IMG/VR virus record: IMGVR_UViG_3300044692_000050
Span: 38,341 to 102,340 of that record
DNA: 64,000 nucleotides
Reading direction: 5' to 3' (one strand)
From: a virus
Numbering within the stretch: position 1 is the first letter of the stretch; every line of letters starts with the position of its first letter. Under the pieces are notes generated by a model. The model was not told the origin of the DNA, made no database searches, and worked only from the letters and a program-made list of their open reading frames with translations. Position numbers and translations under genes: made by a program. This document shows, one piece after another, positions 57,138-64,000 of this stretch.

Positions 57138-58130
57138 ATGGCAACACTGACCGTACCGGGCCGCTGCCACTTCGACAGTGACGGATGGCTCCGGGGCCCG
57201 ATCAACATCACGCACGTACTGACGCCTAACCACGGGACCGGGTTCGGAAACGGACAAGGGGTCGTTTTCCATACCGAAGCGGGCTTCGAGGCCGGCACGG
57301 TGGCCACCTTCCTGAACCCGGCGAACCAAGTCTCGGCTTTCTTCAGCATCGGCCGTGACGGTGCCGTCCACCAGTACGTCCCGGTAGGCAAGGGCTTTTA
57401 CGCGTGGAGCCAGGCCGGTGGAAACAGGACATTCCGAGGCGTCGAGACGGAGGACCGGACAGACCCGTCGACGCCCTTGACCGCCGCGCAGGTAACGGCG
57501 TTCGCGCAGATCTTCGAGGCGTGCTCCGCATTCGACGGGTTCCCTCTCCAGATCACCGATAGCCCGTCCGGCCGGGGACTCATCCTCCACTCGGACGGGG
57601 GGCAAGACTGGGGCGGTCACCTCAGTTGCCCCGGCCATGTACGCGCCGCCCAGAGGCCGGCGATCGTGGCGCTCGCGAAGGCCATCCGCACCGGGGGCAA
57701 CCCTGCTCCGCAGCCTGCTCTCAAGACGTGGGTGAGCCAGGGTCAGATGACGCTCCACGACCTGGCCGCGCAGGAGCTTCACGAGGACGTTTCCACGGTC
57801 CTCCGGGTGACCGTCGAGAACTCGCCCGGCCGTGTCTTCGCCGCCGGCCTCGCCGCTTACGTCAACGCGGTGTTCGCCGCGGACACGCTGCCGTGCCCGG
57901 CCGGCGTGACCTGGTTCTACCCGGGCGGCGAATGGCTCACGCAGGGGCAGCTGCCGCTCGCCGCTCTCGCCCAGGCCCATCTCGGGGTGCCGCCCGCCGT
58001 GGTGCTGCAGCTCACCGCCGAACGAGGGCCGCAGGGCCAGTTCGCCCCGCCCGCCGCGGCGTACATCAACGCCGTGTTCGCCCGGTCGCCGGTCAAGGTG
58101 ACTCCCGGCACGAAGCTCCTGTACGGATGA
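57138..58130 (+). CDS. Endolysin, N-acetylmuramoyl-L-alanine amidase
   Basis: VVFHTEAG...VSAFFSIGRDGAVHQYV...GVETE...HLSCPG; duplicated C-terminal module. Confidence 0.85.
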   Translation: MATLTVPGRCHFDSDGWLRGPINITHVLTPNHGTGFGNGQGVVFHTEAGFEAGTVATFLNPANQVSAFFSIGRDGAVHQYVPVGKGFYAWSQAGGNRTFRGVETEDRTDPSTPLTAAQVTAFAQIFEACSAFDGFPLQITDSPSGRGLILHSDGGQDWGGHLSCPGHVRAAQRPAIVALAKAIRTGGNPAPQPALKTWVSQGQMTLHDLAAQELHEDVSTVLRVTVENSPGRVFAAGLAAYVNAVFAADTLPCPAGVTWFYPGGEWLTQGQLPLAALAQAHLGVPPAVVLQLTAERGPQGQFAPPAAAYINAVFARSPVKVTPGTKLLYG

Positions 58131-58321
58131 GCGCCGTAGTCCGCCACTCGAAGTGGCTGGTCGTCGGGATCTGCTGCTACGAGATCACCTCGATCACGTC
58201 CGGGAAGATGCCCCCGATCACGACCATCTGCGAACGGCACCCGTGGCTGGCTCCGGTCACGATCGGGGCACTCGCCTTGCATCTTTACTGGCGCCCGGCG
58301 AACCCGAGGAGGTTCGCGTGA
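58127..58321 (+). CDS. Small membrane protein (holin candidate)
   Basis: Two hydrophobic segments, coupled to both neighbours. Confidence 0.5.
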   Translation: MSAVVRHSKWLVVGICCYEITSITSGKMPPITTICERHPWLAPVTIGALALHLYWRPANPRRFA

Positions 58322-58878
58322 CCAACAGGCTTCTCATCGTCAAGCCCGGTCCGAAACGCCTCGCCGCGGCCCTGAAGTACGCCGGCTTCAGCGAGACGAA
58401 AATCCTCGCTCCCGTCACCGACGCGTGCGGCGTGACGTGGGACAAGCCTTCCGAGCTCCAGATCGCCCTGGCCCTGTGCGGCGGGGAGTCGAGCGGTGCC
58501 GCTGACGCCTTTCACCAGAACCTTGACGGCAGCGTGGACTTCGGGATCCTCCAGATCAACGACAAGGCTCATAACGGCTGGTTCACGCCTCAGACGGTCG
58601 TGCAGGGCTGGCTGTGGCTGGACTATCTCTCGAACGCTGAGGCAGCGTACGAGATCTACGTGCAGGCCGGGCGGCAGTTCAGCCCGTGGAAGGCGTACGC
58701 AGGCGGGGGGTATCTGGCGGAACGGTGGGGCGGCCGGTCGTGGATGGACTGGGCGAGCTTCGGCATCTCCCAGGCACTGCCTGCCGTGGCCGCCCTGACC
58801 GCACAGGGGAAGACTCAGGCGGCTGCGCTGGCCATGGTGGCGTCGGTATCGGATGACCCGCTGGCGTACTGGTCCTAG
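58318..58878 (+). CDS. Lysozyme-like/transglycosylase protein
   Basis: AGF...ALALCGGESSG...DFGILQIND...NAEAAYEIY...FSPW. Confidence 0.8.
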   Translation: MTNRLLIVKPGPKRLAAALKYAGFSETKILAPVTDACGVTWDKPSELQIALALCGGESSGAADAFHQNLDGSVDFGILQINDKAHNGWFTPQTVVQGWLWLDYLSNAEAAYEIYVQAGRQFSPWKAYAGGGYLAERWGGRSWMDWASFGISQALPAVAALTAQGKTQAAALAMVASVSDDPLAYWS

Positions 58879-58909
58879 CCGCAATCCGTCTCCACCCGAG
58901 GGGGGACCT

Positions 58910-59734
58910 TTGACCGCTCGCACGTTCGACGCACGGTCAACGCTGTTCGGCCGCTACGCCGTCGCCGAGCCGATGCGTTTCGACGTGGTTCACTTCGACA
59001 CGGGCGGGCCGCTCAAGACCGTCGACCACGAGCCGCCCGTGCCCGTGCTTGACCAGGAGGACCTGTTCAAGCAGGGCATCGACACCAGCGAGCTCGTCAA
59101 GGGAGCGCATAGGGTCGACGCGCTCGGCTCCTGCACCGCGAACGCCACGGCGGTCAGCCTCGGCCAGGTACTCAAGGACGCCGGGCACTCGCTGCCCTCC
59201 GGCCTGTCGGCCTCGGACCCGGTAGCCAGCGAGGAATGGGCGATCAGGTTCTACAACGCCTGCACCGACCAGACCGGCGACCCGTCCCAGGAGTGGCCGC
59301 CCACCGACTGCGGGTCAACGGGCCTGTACTGCTGCCACGAGCTCATCAAGCAGAAGCTCATCAGCACCTACAAGACCGCCAGCGGCGCGCAGAACATCGC
59401 CTCGCTGCTCCAGGGCGGCACCGTCATCCAGGGCACGCCGTGGTTCAACGCCTGGTTCGATCCCGACTCCAGCGGCTTCATCGACGGCAACGGCAGCCAT
59501 GCCGCGTTCGAGCGGGCCGTCGGATCGGGTGTCGCCGGCGGTCACGAGACGTGCATCACGGCGATCGAGAAGCTCACTCTGTCGGCTACCGGCAAGGTCG
59601 AGGCAGCCAAGACCGTGCTCCGCGTCCGCAACAGCTGGTCGGCCGCCTTCGCCGATCACGGCTCGTTCCGCATCCACCTGTCCACGCTGGTGGCGCTCGG
59701 CAACCAGGCTGACTTCAAGCAGTTCGCCGCCTAG
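58910..59734 (+). CDS. Papain-like (C1) cysteine peptidase
   Basis: Triad motifs LGSCTANA, GGHETCI, RNSW. Confidence 0.8.
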   Translation: MTARTFDARSTLFGRYAVAEPMRFDVVHFDTGGPLKTVDHEPPVPVLDQEDLFKQGIDTSELVKGAHRVDALGSCTANATAVSLGQVLKDAGHSLPSGLSASDPVASEEWAIRFYNACTDQTGDPSQEWPPTDCGSTGLYCCHELIKQKLISTYKTASGAQNIASLLQGGTVIQGTPWFNAWFDPDSSGFIDGNGSHAAFERAVGSGVAGGHETCITAIEKLTLSATGKVEAAKTVLRVRNSWSAAFADHGSFRIHLSTLVALGNQADFKQFAA

Positions 59735-59759
59735 TCCAACGCTAACCCGAGGGGGAACC

Positions 59760-60065
59760 ATGTCCACTATTCACGACAAGATCACCGCCATCGAAGCCGG
59801 GGTGAGGCAGTTCATCCACGACCTCGACGGCGAAGCCAAGGCCGAGCTCGAACGCCTCCTGGCCGACGCCCGCGCTGAGGCCGCCAAGGTCGAGCAGGAC
59901 GTCAAGGACGAGTTCAGGACCCAGGTCGTCCCCGTCGTCGCCGAGCTCAAGGCCGACGCCGAGCAGGCTCTCGCCGACGCGATCCCTGTCGTGGAGTCTG
60001 CGGTGAACGATGCCATCGGGAAGGCTGTGGCCGCGCTGGGCCGGATCGTCGGGGAGGAGCTGTGA
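59760..60065 (+). CDS. Helical hypothetical protein
   Basis: GAGGGGG SD; Ala/Glu-rich. Confidence 0.6.
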   Translation: MSTIHDKITAIEAGVRQFIHDLDGEAKAELERLLADARAEAAKVEQDVKDEFRTQVVPVVAELKADAEQALADAIPVVESAVNDAIGKAVAALGRIVGEEL

Positions 60066-60099
60066 TGGGCGGCGACGACTAACCACACCGGGAGGCACC

Positions 60100-60441
60100 A
60101 TGTGCCGCTTTCCCTGGTGCCGTCCCATCCGGTCGGCACTCCGCCAGATCAACGACAAGCTCAGCACCATCGAACAGAAAGAGGACTCCATCATGTCCGG
60201 TCTCGACGACCTGAACACCGCCGTCGCCGCCCTGCAGCAGAACGTCTCCGCGCTGCAGACCGAGCAGGCCCAGTTCATCGTGGACATCCAGCAGGCTCTC
60301 GCGGCCAACGCCGGCGACTCGGACGCCGCGGTCGAGGCGGTCGCCCAGCTGGTGGCCACCCAGGCGCAGAACGTGGCGTCGCTGACCTCGGAGCAGCAGG
60401 CCGCCGACCCGGCGCAGCCTCCCGCGCCCCCGGCCGCTTAG
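60100..60441 (+). CDS. Coiled-coil hypothetical protein
   Basis: GGAGG SD; MSGLDDLNTAVAAL internal segment. Confidence 0.6.
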   Translation: MCRFPWCRPIRSALRQINDKLSTIEQKEDSIMSGLDDLNTAVAALQQNVSALQTEQAQFIVDIQQALAANAGDSDAAVEAVAQLVATQAQNVASLTSEQQAADPAQPPAPPAA

Positions 60442-60494
60442 CTTCCCCGTCTCCCGGCCTGCCGCTGCCCCCGTTCGGCGGGCCAGGGACCACT

Positions 60495-60538
60495 GAGGGC
60501 CGGCTGCTTCCCTGTGCGGGAGGCGGTCGGCCCTCTTT
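60495..60538. terminator. Terminator hairpin between convergent operons
   Basis: GAGGGCCGG...TCGGCCCTC-TTT long stem. Confidence 0.65.
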
Positions 60539-60556
60539 GGCGTGCACGGGGGAGCG

Positions 60557-62200
60557 TCAGGCGGCAGCCCAAGGCCACGCGCCGTCACGTCCCGACTCAA
60601 GGGCCGGGATCATGCGGAACGCGTGGTCGGTCAGCCCTCCGAACGTGTGCCGGTTGCTGCTACCGGACGGCAGCGCGCCGTGCTTGTACCCGCCGATGTT
60701 CCACACGTACACGGGCACCGAGCGCGGGATCAGGTCATCGATCCGGGTCGGGGGCATGGCGTCGCCGAACTGGCGGTAGACGTTTGACGGCAGCATGCTC
60801 GGCTCGCTCTGCTCGTCGGTGACGATGACCACCCGCGAGTGATCCGGACGCAGGTACTCGCGGACGGCGCGGGGAATGTCCGTCCCGGTCCCCACGGGAC
60901 CGTTGTAGTCGTCGCCGACGTGGAACCGCTCGATCACCTTGAGCACGGACTCACTCTTGCCGAACGTCACGACCGCGCCCCTGCTCGCGAACTCCACGAG
61001 ATCGGCCCGCTCGGCACGCGAGGCCACCGCCGCGCCGAAGACAGCCGCAGCGTCGGCCCACAGCATCTCTGACTTGCCGCTCATCTTCGCATGCCACATC
61101 GACAGGGAACGGTCCACCAGGATCAGCGTACGGCCCTTCAGTGCGGGCACGTTGGCCAGCGACAGGTTCAGCGCCCGCTCCAGCGGATACGACCACCGCA
61201 GTGACGGTGCGGCGCGGTAGGCGGCGAGGAACCGGAACGGGAACTGTCGCGACTTCGCCACCTGCTCCGGGTCGGTCAGCCGGGCGATGATGTCTCCCGC
61301 CACCTCGTCCGGCACGCCAGCGTCGTCGAAGTTGCGGAGGTTCCGCAGCTGGGCCATGAAGCCCATCGACGGGATCAGCGCGGCCCACAGATCGGCCTTG
61401 CTGACCTTGTTCCCGGCCAGCGACAGGGCGTCCTCCCACGTCATGCCCGCGACCTTGAGCGCCGCGGCGTCGAGCAGGGCGGCGGGGTCCTCGGCGGCCC
61501 GCTTGCGGAGCGCGATGTTCGCCCGGACCATGGCCAGTTCCTCCGGGACGGGGTTGTCCCGGCCGTGGCGCCGGTCGATCGCATGCTCGTACAGCGCGCC
61601 CTTCCAGGTGCCCTTGACTTCCGGGTGCTCTCCGGTGACGTGGACGCGCTCGATCACGTCGCCGAAGCGGTAGCCGTGCGAGTCCGTGTCGTACCGCAGC
61701 AGGGCGAACTCGGTGTAGAGGCGGACGATCGCGTCGGCTATGCCCCGCTTCAGCGGCTTAGGCTCGTTCCGGCCGTACAGGGAATGCCAGTAGGCGAGCA
61801 GTTCGCCGGGCTCGTCGGCGCGCTGGAGGGCAGCGGAGACGAGACGGCGGCCGCCGGGCAGGCCGACGTCAAGCCGGGCCTTCAGTGCCTCAGCGGCGGC
61901 CACGAGGGATGCCGTGCGCATGTTCGCGTCGTTCCGCAGCCACGGGATGAAGCCGTCCATCCACGCCGGGTCCTCGACGGCCACCTTGCGGACGAGATCG
62001 GCGAACCGGGTGTCCCGCTGCTTGCCGGTCTCATAGAACGACCCGTCGCCCATGTGTGAGACGGCGAGCAGGAACAGTTCACCCTGCGGCGAGCGAGTGT
62101 AGCCTGGCGCACCCTCGTAGGTCAGGCCGGACGGGATGGCCTCGGAGACGACCGGGCTGCGCGTGACGGTCCGGGCGGCCGGGGTGTTGAAGCGGGACAT
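60557..62200 (-). CDS. rsr: Ro60/TROVE-domain RNA-binding protein (Rsr)
   Basis: TYEGAPGY..ELFLLAV, RADEPGELLAYW, MGFMAQLRNLRNFD, SRQFPFRFLAAY, vWA MIDAS LVDRSLSM...IVTDEQ. Confidence 0.95.
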   Translation of the reverse strand: MSRFNTPAARTVTRSPVVSEAIPSGLTYEGAPGYTRSPQGELFLLAVSHMGDGSFYETGKQRDTRFADLVRKVAVEDPAWMDGFIPWLRNDANMRTASLVAAAEALKARLDVGLPGGRRLVSAALQRADEPGELLAYWHSLYGRNEPKPLKRGIADAIVRLYTEFALLRYDTDSHGYRFGDVIERVHVTGEHPEVKGTWKGALYEHAIDRRHGRDNPVPEELAMVRANIALRKRAAEDPAALLDAAALKVAGMTWEDALSLAGNKVSKADLWAALIPSMGFMAQLRNLRNFDDAGVPDEVAGDIIARLTDPEQVAKSRQFPFRFLAAYRAAPSLRWSYPLERALNLSLANVPALKGRTLILVDRSLSMWHAKMSGKSEMLWADAAAVFGAAVASRAERADLVEFASRGAVVTFGKSESVLKVIERFHVGDDYNGPVGTGTDIPRAVREYLRPDHSRVVIVTDEQSEPSMLPSNVYRQFGDAMPPTRIDDLIPRSVPVYVWNIGGYKHGALPSGSSNRHTFGGLTDHAFRMIPALESGRDGAWPWAAA

Positions 62201-62249
62201 GCAAAAGGCTCCTCTCGCACTGTGGCGGAAGGAGCCCTTGCCCAGTCGC

Positions 62250-62358
62250 GCCCGAGATCAAGTCGGCGAAGGTACAGACCTGGGCCCACCCATCGGCGGA
62301 ATCGAACCGCCATGGCCTCGTTAGCAGCGAGGAAGTAACCCGCACCTGCGCACCGGGC
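62250..62358 (-). ncRNA. Y RNA 3 (anticodon-arm plus T-arm variant)
   Basis: CCCGGUGCGCAGG...UACUUC 5' strand and GAUCUCGGG 3' strand; CCUCG-CUGCUAA-CGAGG then GGCGG-UUCGAUU-CCGCC. Confidence 0.8.
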
Positions 62359-62377
62359 ACGCCTTATGACGTGCGCT

Positions 62378-62517
62378 CCTCCCGAGATCAAGGTCGGCAA
62401 CGGCCCTTTTGACTGATGCTCTGCCATTGAGCTACCGGACGGCTATGCCGACCGGGCGGGACTCGAACCCGCAACACCCAGTTCCGATGAAGTATCCGTC
62501 GCCTGCGCACCGGGAGG
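62378..62517 (-). ncRNA. yrlA: Y RNA 2, YrlA-type tRNA mimic
   Basis: Same terminal stem; T arm GCGGG-UUCGAGU-CCCGC, closed acceptor-like stem, D arm UAGCUCAAUGGCAGAGC in permuted order. Confidence 0.88.
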
Positions 62518-62538
62518 TGCGAAGCATTCAGTTGTAAT

Positions 62539-62615
62539 CCTCCCCGAGATCGAGTCGGTCGCGGTACGGATCGCATCCCAAATGTGAAGTAGCCGCAGCC
62601 TGCGCACCGGGGAGG
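62539..62615 (-). ncRNA. Y RNA 1 (minimal, no tRNA-like domain)
   Basis: CCCCGGUGCGCAGGCUGCGGCUACUUC...CCGACUCGAUCUCGGGG. Confidence 0.75.
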
Positions 62616-62664
62616 GTGACGCGTTGTGGGTCACGGTACAAGATCCCCGCTTCCCATTGCCATC

Positions 62665-62692
62665 AGTTTACACGCCGACATGGTGTTGTCAA
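62665..62692 (-). promoter_or_regulatory. Promoter of the Y RNA-rsr operon
   Basis: TTGACA-16 nt-TAAACT on the minus strand; GTGTT-N4-AACAC inverted repeat over the -35. Confidence 0.7.
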
Positions 62693-62716
62693 ACACTGTC
62701 CGCTACACTAGTGGAC

Positions 62717-62920
62717 ATGAATGCCGCAAGACGGACTCCCTTTGTGTCCGTGAACCTCACGCCCGAAGCGCGGGACGACCTAAGGCGTGCCGTCCTGGAG
62801 TTGACAACGCCAGTCGGCCGACGCCTCTCGATGTCCGCCGTGCTCATCGGGTCGGTACGCGTCGCCATGCAGCATCGAGACGAGCTGGTCTCCGAACTGG
62901 CAGCCGGGCGTCCTTCGTGA
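62717..62920 (+). CDS. Ribbon-helix-helix-like small regulator
   Basis: FVSVNLTPEARDDLRR...RRLSMSAVL; TACACT-N7-ATG. Confidence 0.6.
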   Translation: MNAARRTPFVSVNLTPEARDDLRRAVLELTTPVGRRLSMSAVLIGSVRVAMQHRDELVSELAAGRPS

Positions 62921-63384
62921 CGACCCCTGTGCGGTACGGCGAGCACGTCAACGCCGAACTGGGCGCACCCTGCCAACTCTGCGACGAACCTAGCTTTCCG
63001 CCGAGAACGGACCACTGCCACGCGCACGGGTGGGTGCGCGGCGTCCTCTGCTCCCGATGCAACACCCTCATGGCGTTTATCGATCGCCGGGCGGCACTCA
63101 GGGAAGAGACCGTCGCCGAACCGCTCACGCTTGCCGCCCTCGTCGCGCATGCCGGCCGCTGCCCTGACTGTGAACCACTCACCGTTGCCGACCTCGGGCC
63201 GACGCGTGGACTGGCGACCAGGATTCCGCTGAAGACGGTCACCTTCTCGCCACGCGTCGACCCGCCGCTGAAAGCTCGCCTTGTCAGGTATGCCGGCGAC
63301 CGCGGACTTAACCTCAACGCAGCGGTGATCACGCTGCTCGACCAGGCCCTAGCGGCAGTGGAAGCGCGCGACAAAGAGGACTAG
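62917..63384 (+). CDS. Endonuclease VII-domain protein with C-terminal Arc-like RHH
   Basis: CQLC...DHCHAHGWVRGVLCSRCN; FSPRVDPPLKARL..YAGDRGLNLNAAVITLLDQAL. Confidence 0.7.
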   Translation: MTTPVRYGEHVNAELGAPCQLCDEPSFPPRTDHCHAHGWVRGVLCSRCNTLMAFIDRRAALREETVAEPLTLAALVAHAGRCPDCEPLTVADLGPTRGLATRIPLKTVTFSPRVDPPLKARLVRYAGDRGLNLNAAVITLLDQALAAVEARDKED

Positions 63385-63590
63385 GCGACCTTGCGCGGCT
63401 GCTCGACCGTGCCCGTCAGGAGTGCCCGCACCTCGGACTCCCGGTAACGTCTATGTCCGCCTAGCGTGCGGATGCTCGTCAGCTTCCCCTGTTGGGCCCA
63501 CCGGGTGACGGTCTTCGGATCGACCCGGAACATGGTGGCCACCTCGGCGGGCGTCAGCAGCGGCTCCGGTTCTGGCATGCGCGTCGTCAT
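63381..63590 (-). CDS. bldC: BldC-family transcriptional regulator
   Basis: EPLLTPAEVATMFRVDPKTVTRWAQQGKLTSIRTLGGHRRYRESEVRALL, near-identical to the Streptomyces BldC core. Confidence 0.9.
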   Translation of the reverse strand: MTTRMPEPEPLLTPAEVATMFRVDPKTVTRWAQQGKLTSIRTLGGHRRYRESEVRALLTGTVEQPRKVA

Positions 63591-63704
63591 AGTTATACCC
63601 TCCCTGTAGACGGTCCATGCCGTCTGACCTGCGGTTATGTAGTTAAATCGGTTTCTGCCCGTCCTTCCTGGGATGTCCTCGCATCCTGGGAAGGGCGGGC
63701 CTTT

Positions 63705-63950
63705 TCACGTTCTCGCCCCGGCCGACGCCGCCTCCAGCACAGACCGGAGGTTCATGCCGTAAAGCCGGGCAACGCCGTCCAGTACCTCAACGGAAGGGTT
63801 ACGCTCCCCCCGCTCGTACATGCCGAGCGCCGGAGCGGAGAACCTCCCGCGCGACGATCCCGCCGCCTGGGCGAGCGACAGGCCGCGGGACTCCCGCAGC
63901 TGCCGGAGCGTCGCGCCGACAGCACGGGCGAACTGGTCTCCGTCGATCAC
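63705..63950 (-). CDS. XRE-family HTH regulator
   Basis: VGATLRQLRESRGLSL...LGMYERGERNPSVEVL. Confidence 0.85.
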   Translation of the reverse strand: MIDGDQFARAVGATLRQLRESRGLSLAQAAGSSRGRFSAPALGMYERGERNPSVEVLDGVARLYGMNLRSVLEAASAGART

Positions 63951-64000
63951 GGATCCCCCCTTCCTGCGGGGTGCGGGCCGGGCAGCGGTGGATGCCCGGC

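Noticed and set aside
62250-62517. tRNA genes suggested by GGTTCGA T-loops and a TAGCTCA D arm
   Set aside because: Arms are permuted or incomplete, there is no free acceptor end or CCA, and they are enclosed in Y RNA stems
62250-62615. CRISPR-like repeat-spacer array
   Set aside because: Repeats are degenerate paired stem halves with structured inserts of unequal length; no cas genes
7296-63640. Scattered CTGACCTG/CTGACCAG motif as one dedicated operator
   Set aside because: Short motif common in actinobacterial intergenic DNA; kept only where it sits in longer aligned repeats
1-64000. Integrase, att sites, replication genes
   Set aside because: No recombinase or replicase motifs recognised; they probably lie outside the window, so prophage versus free phage is unresolved

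Overview
High-GC actinobacterial temperate siphovirus (phage or prophage; no integrase, att site or replication gene is visible in the window). Left to right: (1) a DUF397/DUF6879 <-> XRE-DUF5753 regulatory switch with TGACTTA-like operators. (2) An AICE/plasmid-type conjugation block with an Xis-like HTH, a TraB-like FtsK/SpoIIIE translocase that also carries a chromosomal-type FtsK gamma domain, clt-like 8-mer repeat clusters and Spd-like membrane proteins. (3) A putative late-control region, accessory genes and HNH genes. (4) A complete head-neck-tail module: terminases, portal, MuF-like, scaffold, capsid, adaptor, tail terminator fusion, major tail, -1 frameshifted chaperones, a tape measure whose start is broken by a 7-nt insert, Gly-rich minor tails, a repeat protein and a tailspike. 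(5) An antisense O-antigen-ligase-like gene. (6) A lysis block with three hydrolases, interrupted by a tnpB-only IS200/IS605-family element. (7) A Ro60/TROVE gene preceded by three structurally different Y RNAs, one of which appears to display a Ser(GCU) anticodon arm. (8) A near-canonical bldC homologue. Many small leaderless TANNNT-N5-7-ATG cassettes are inserted between the structural genes. All product calls come from motif recognition and synteny by eye; no database searches were run.
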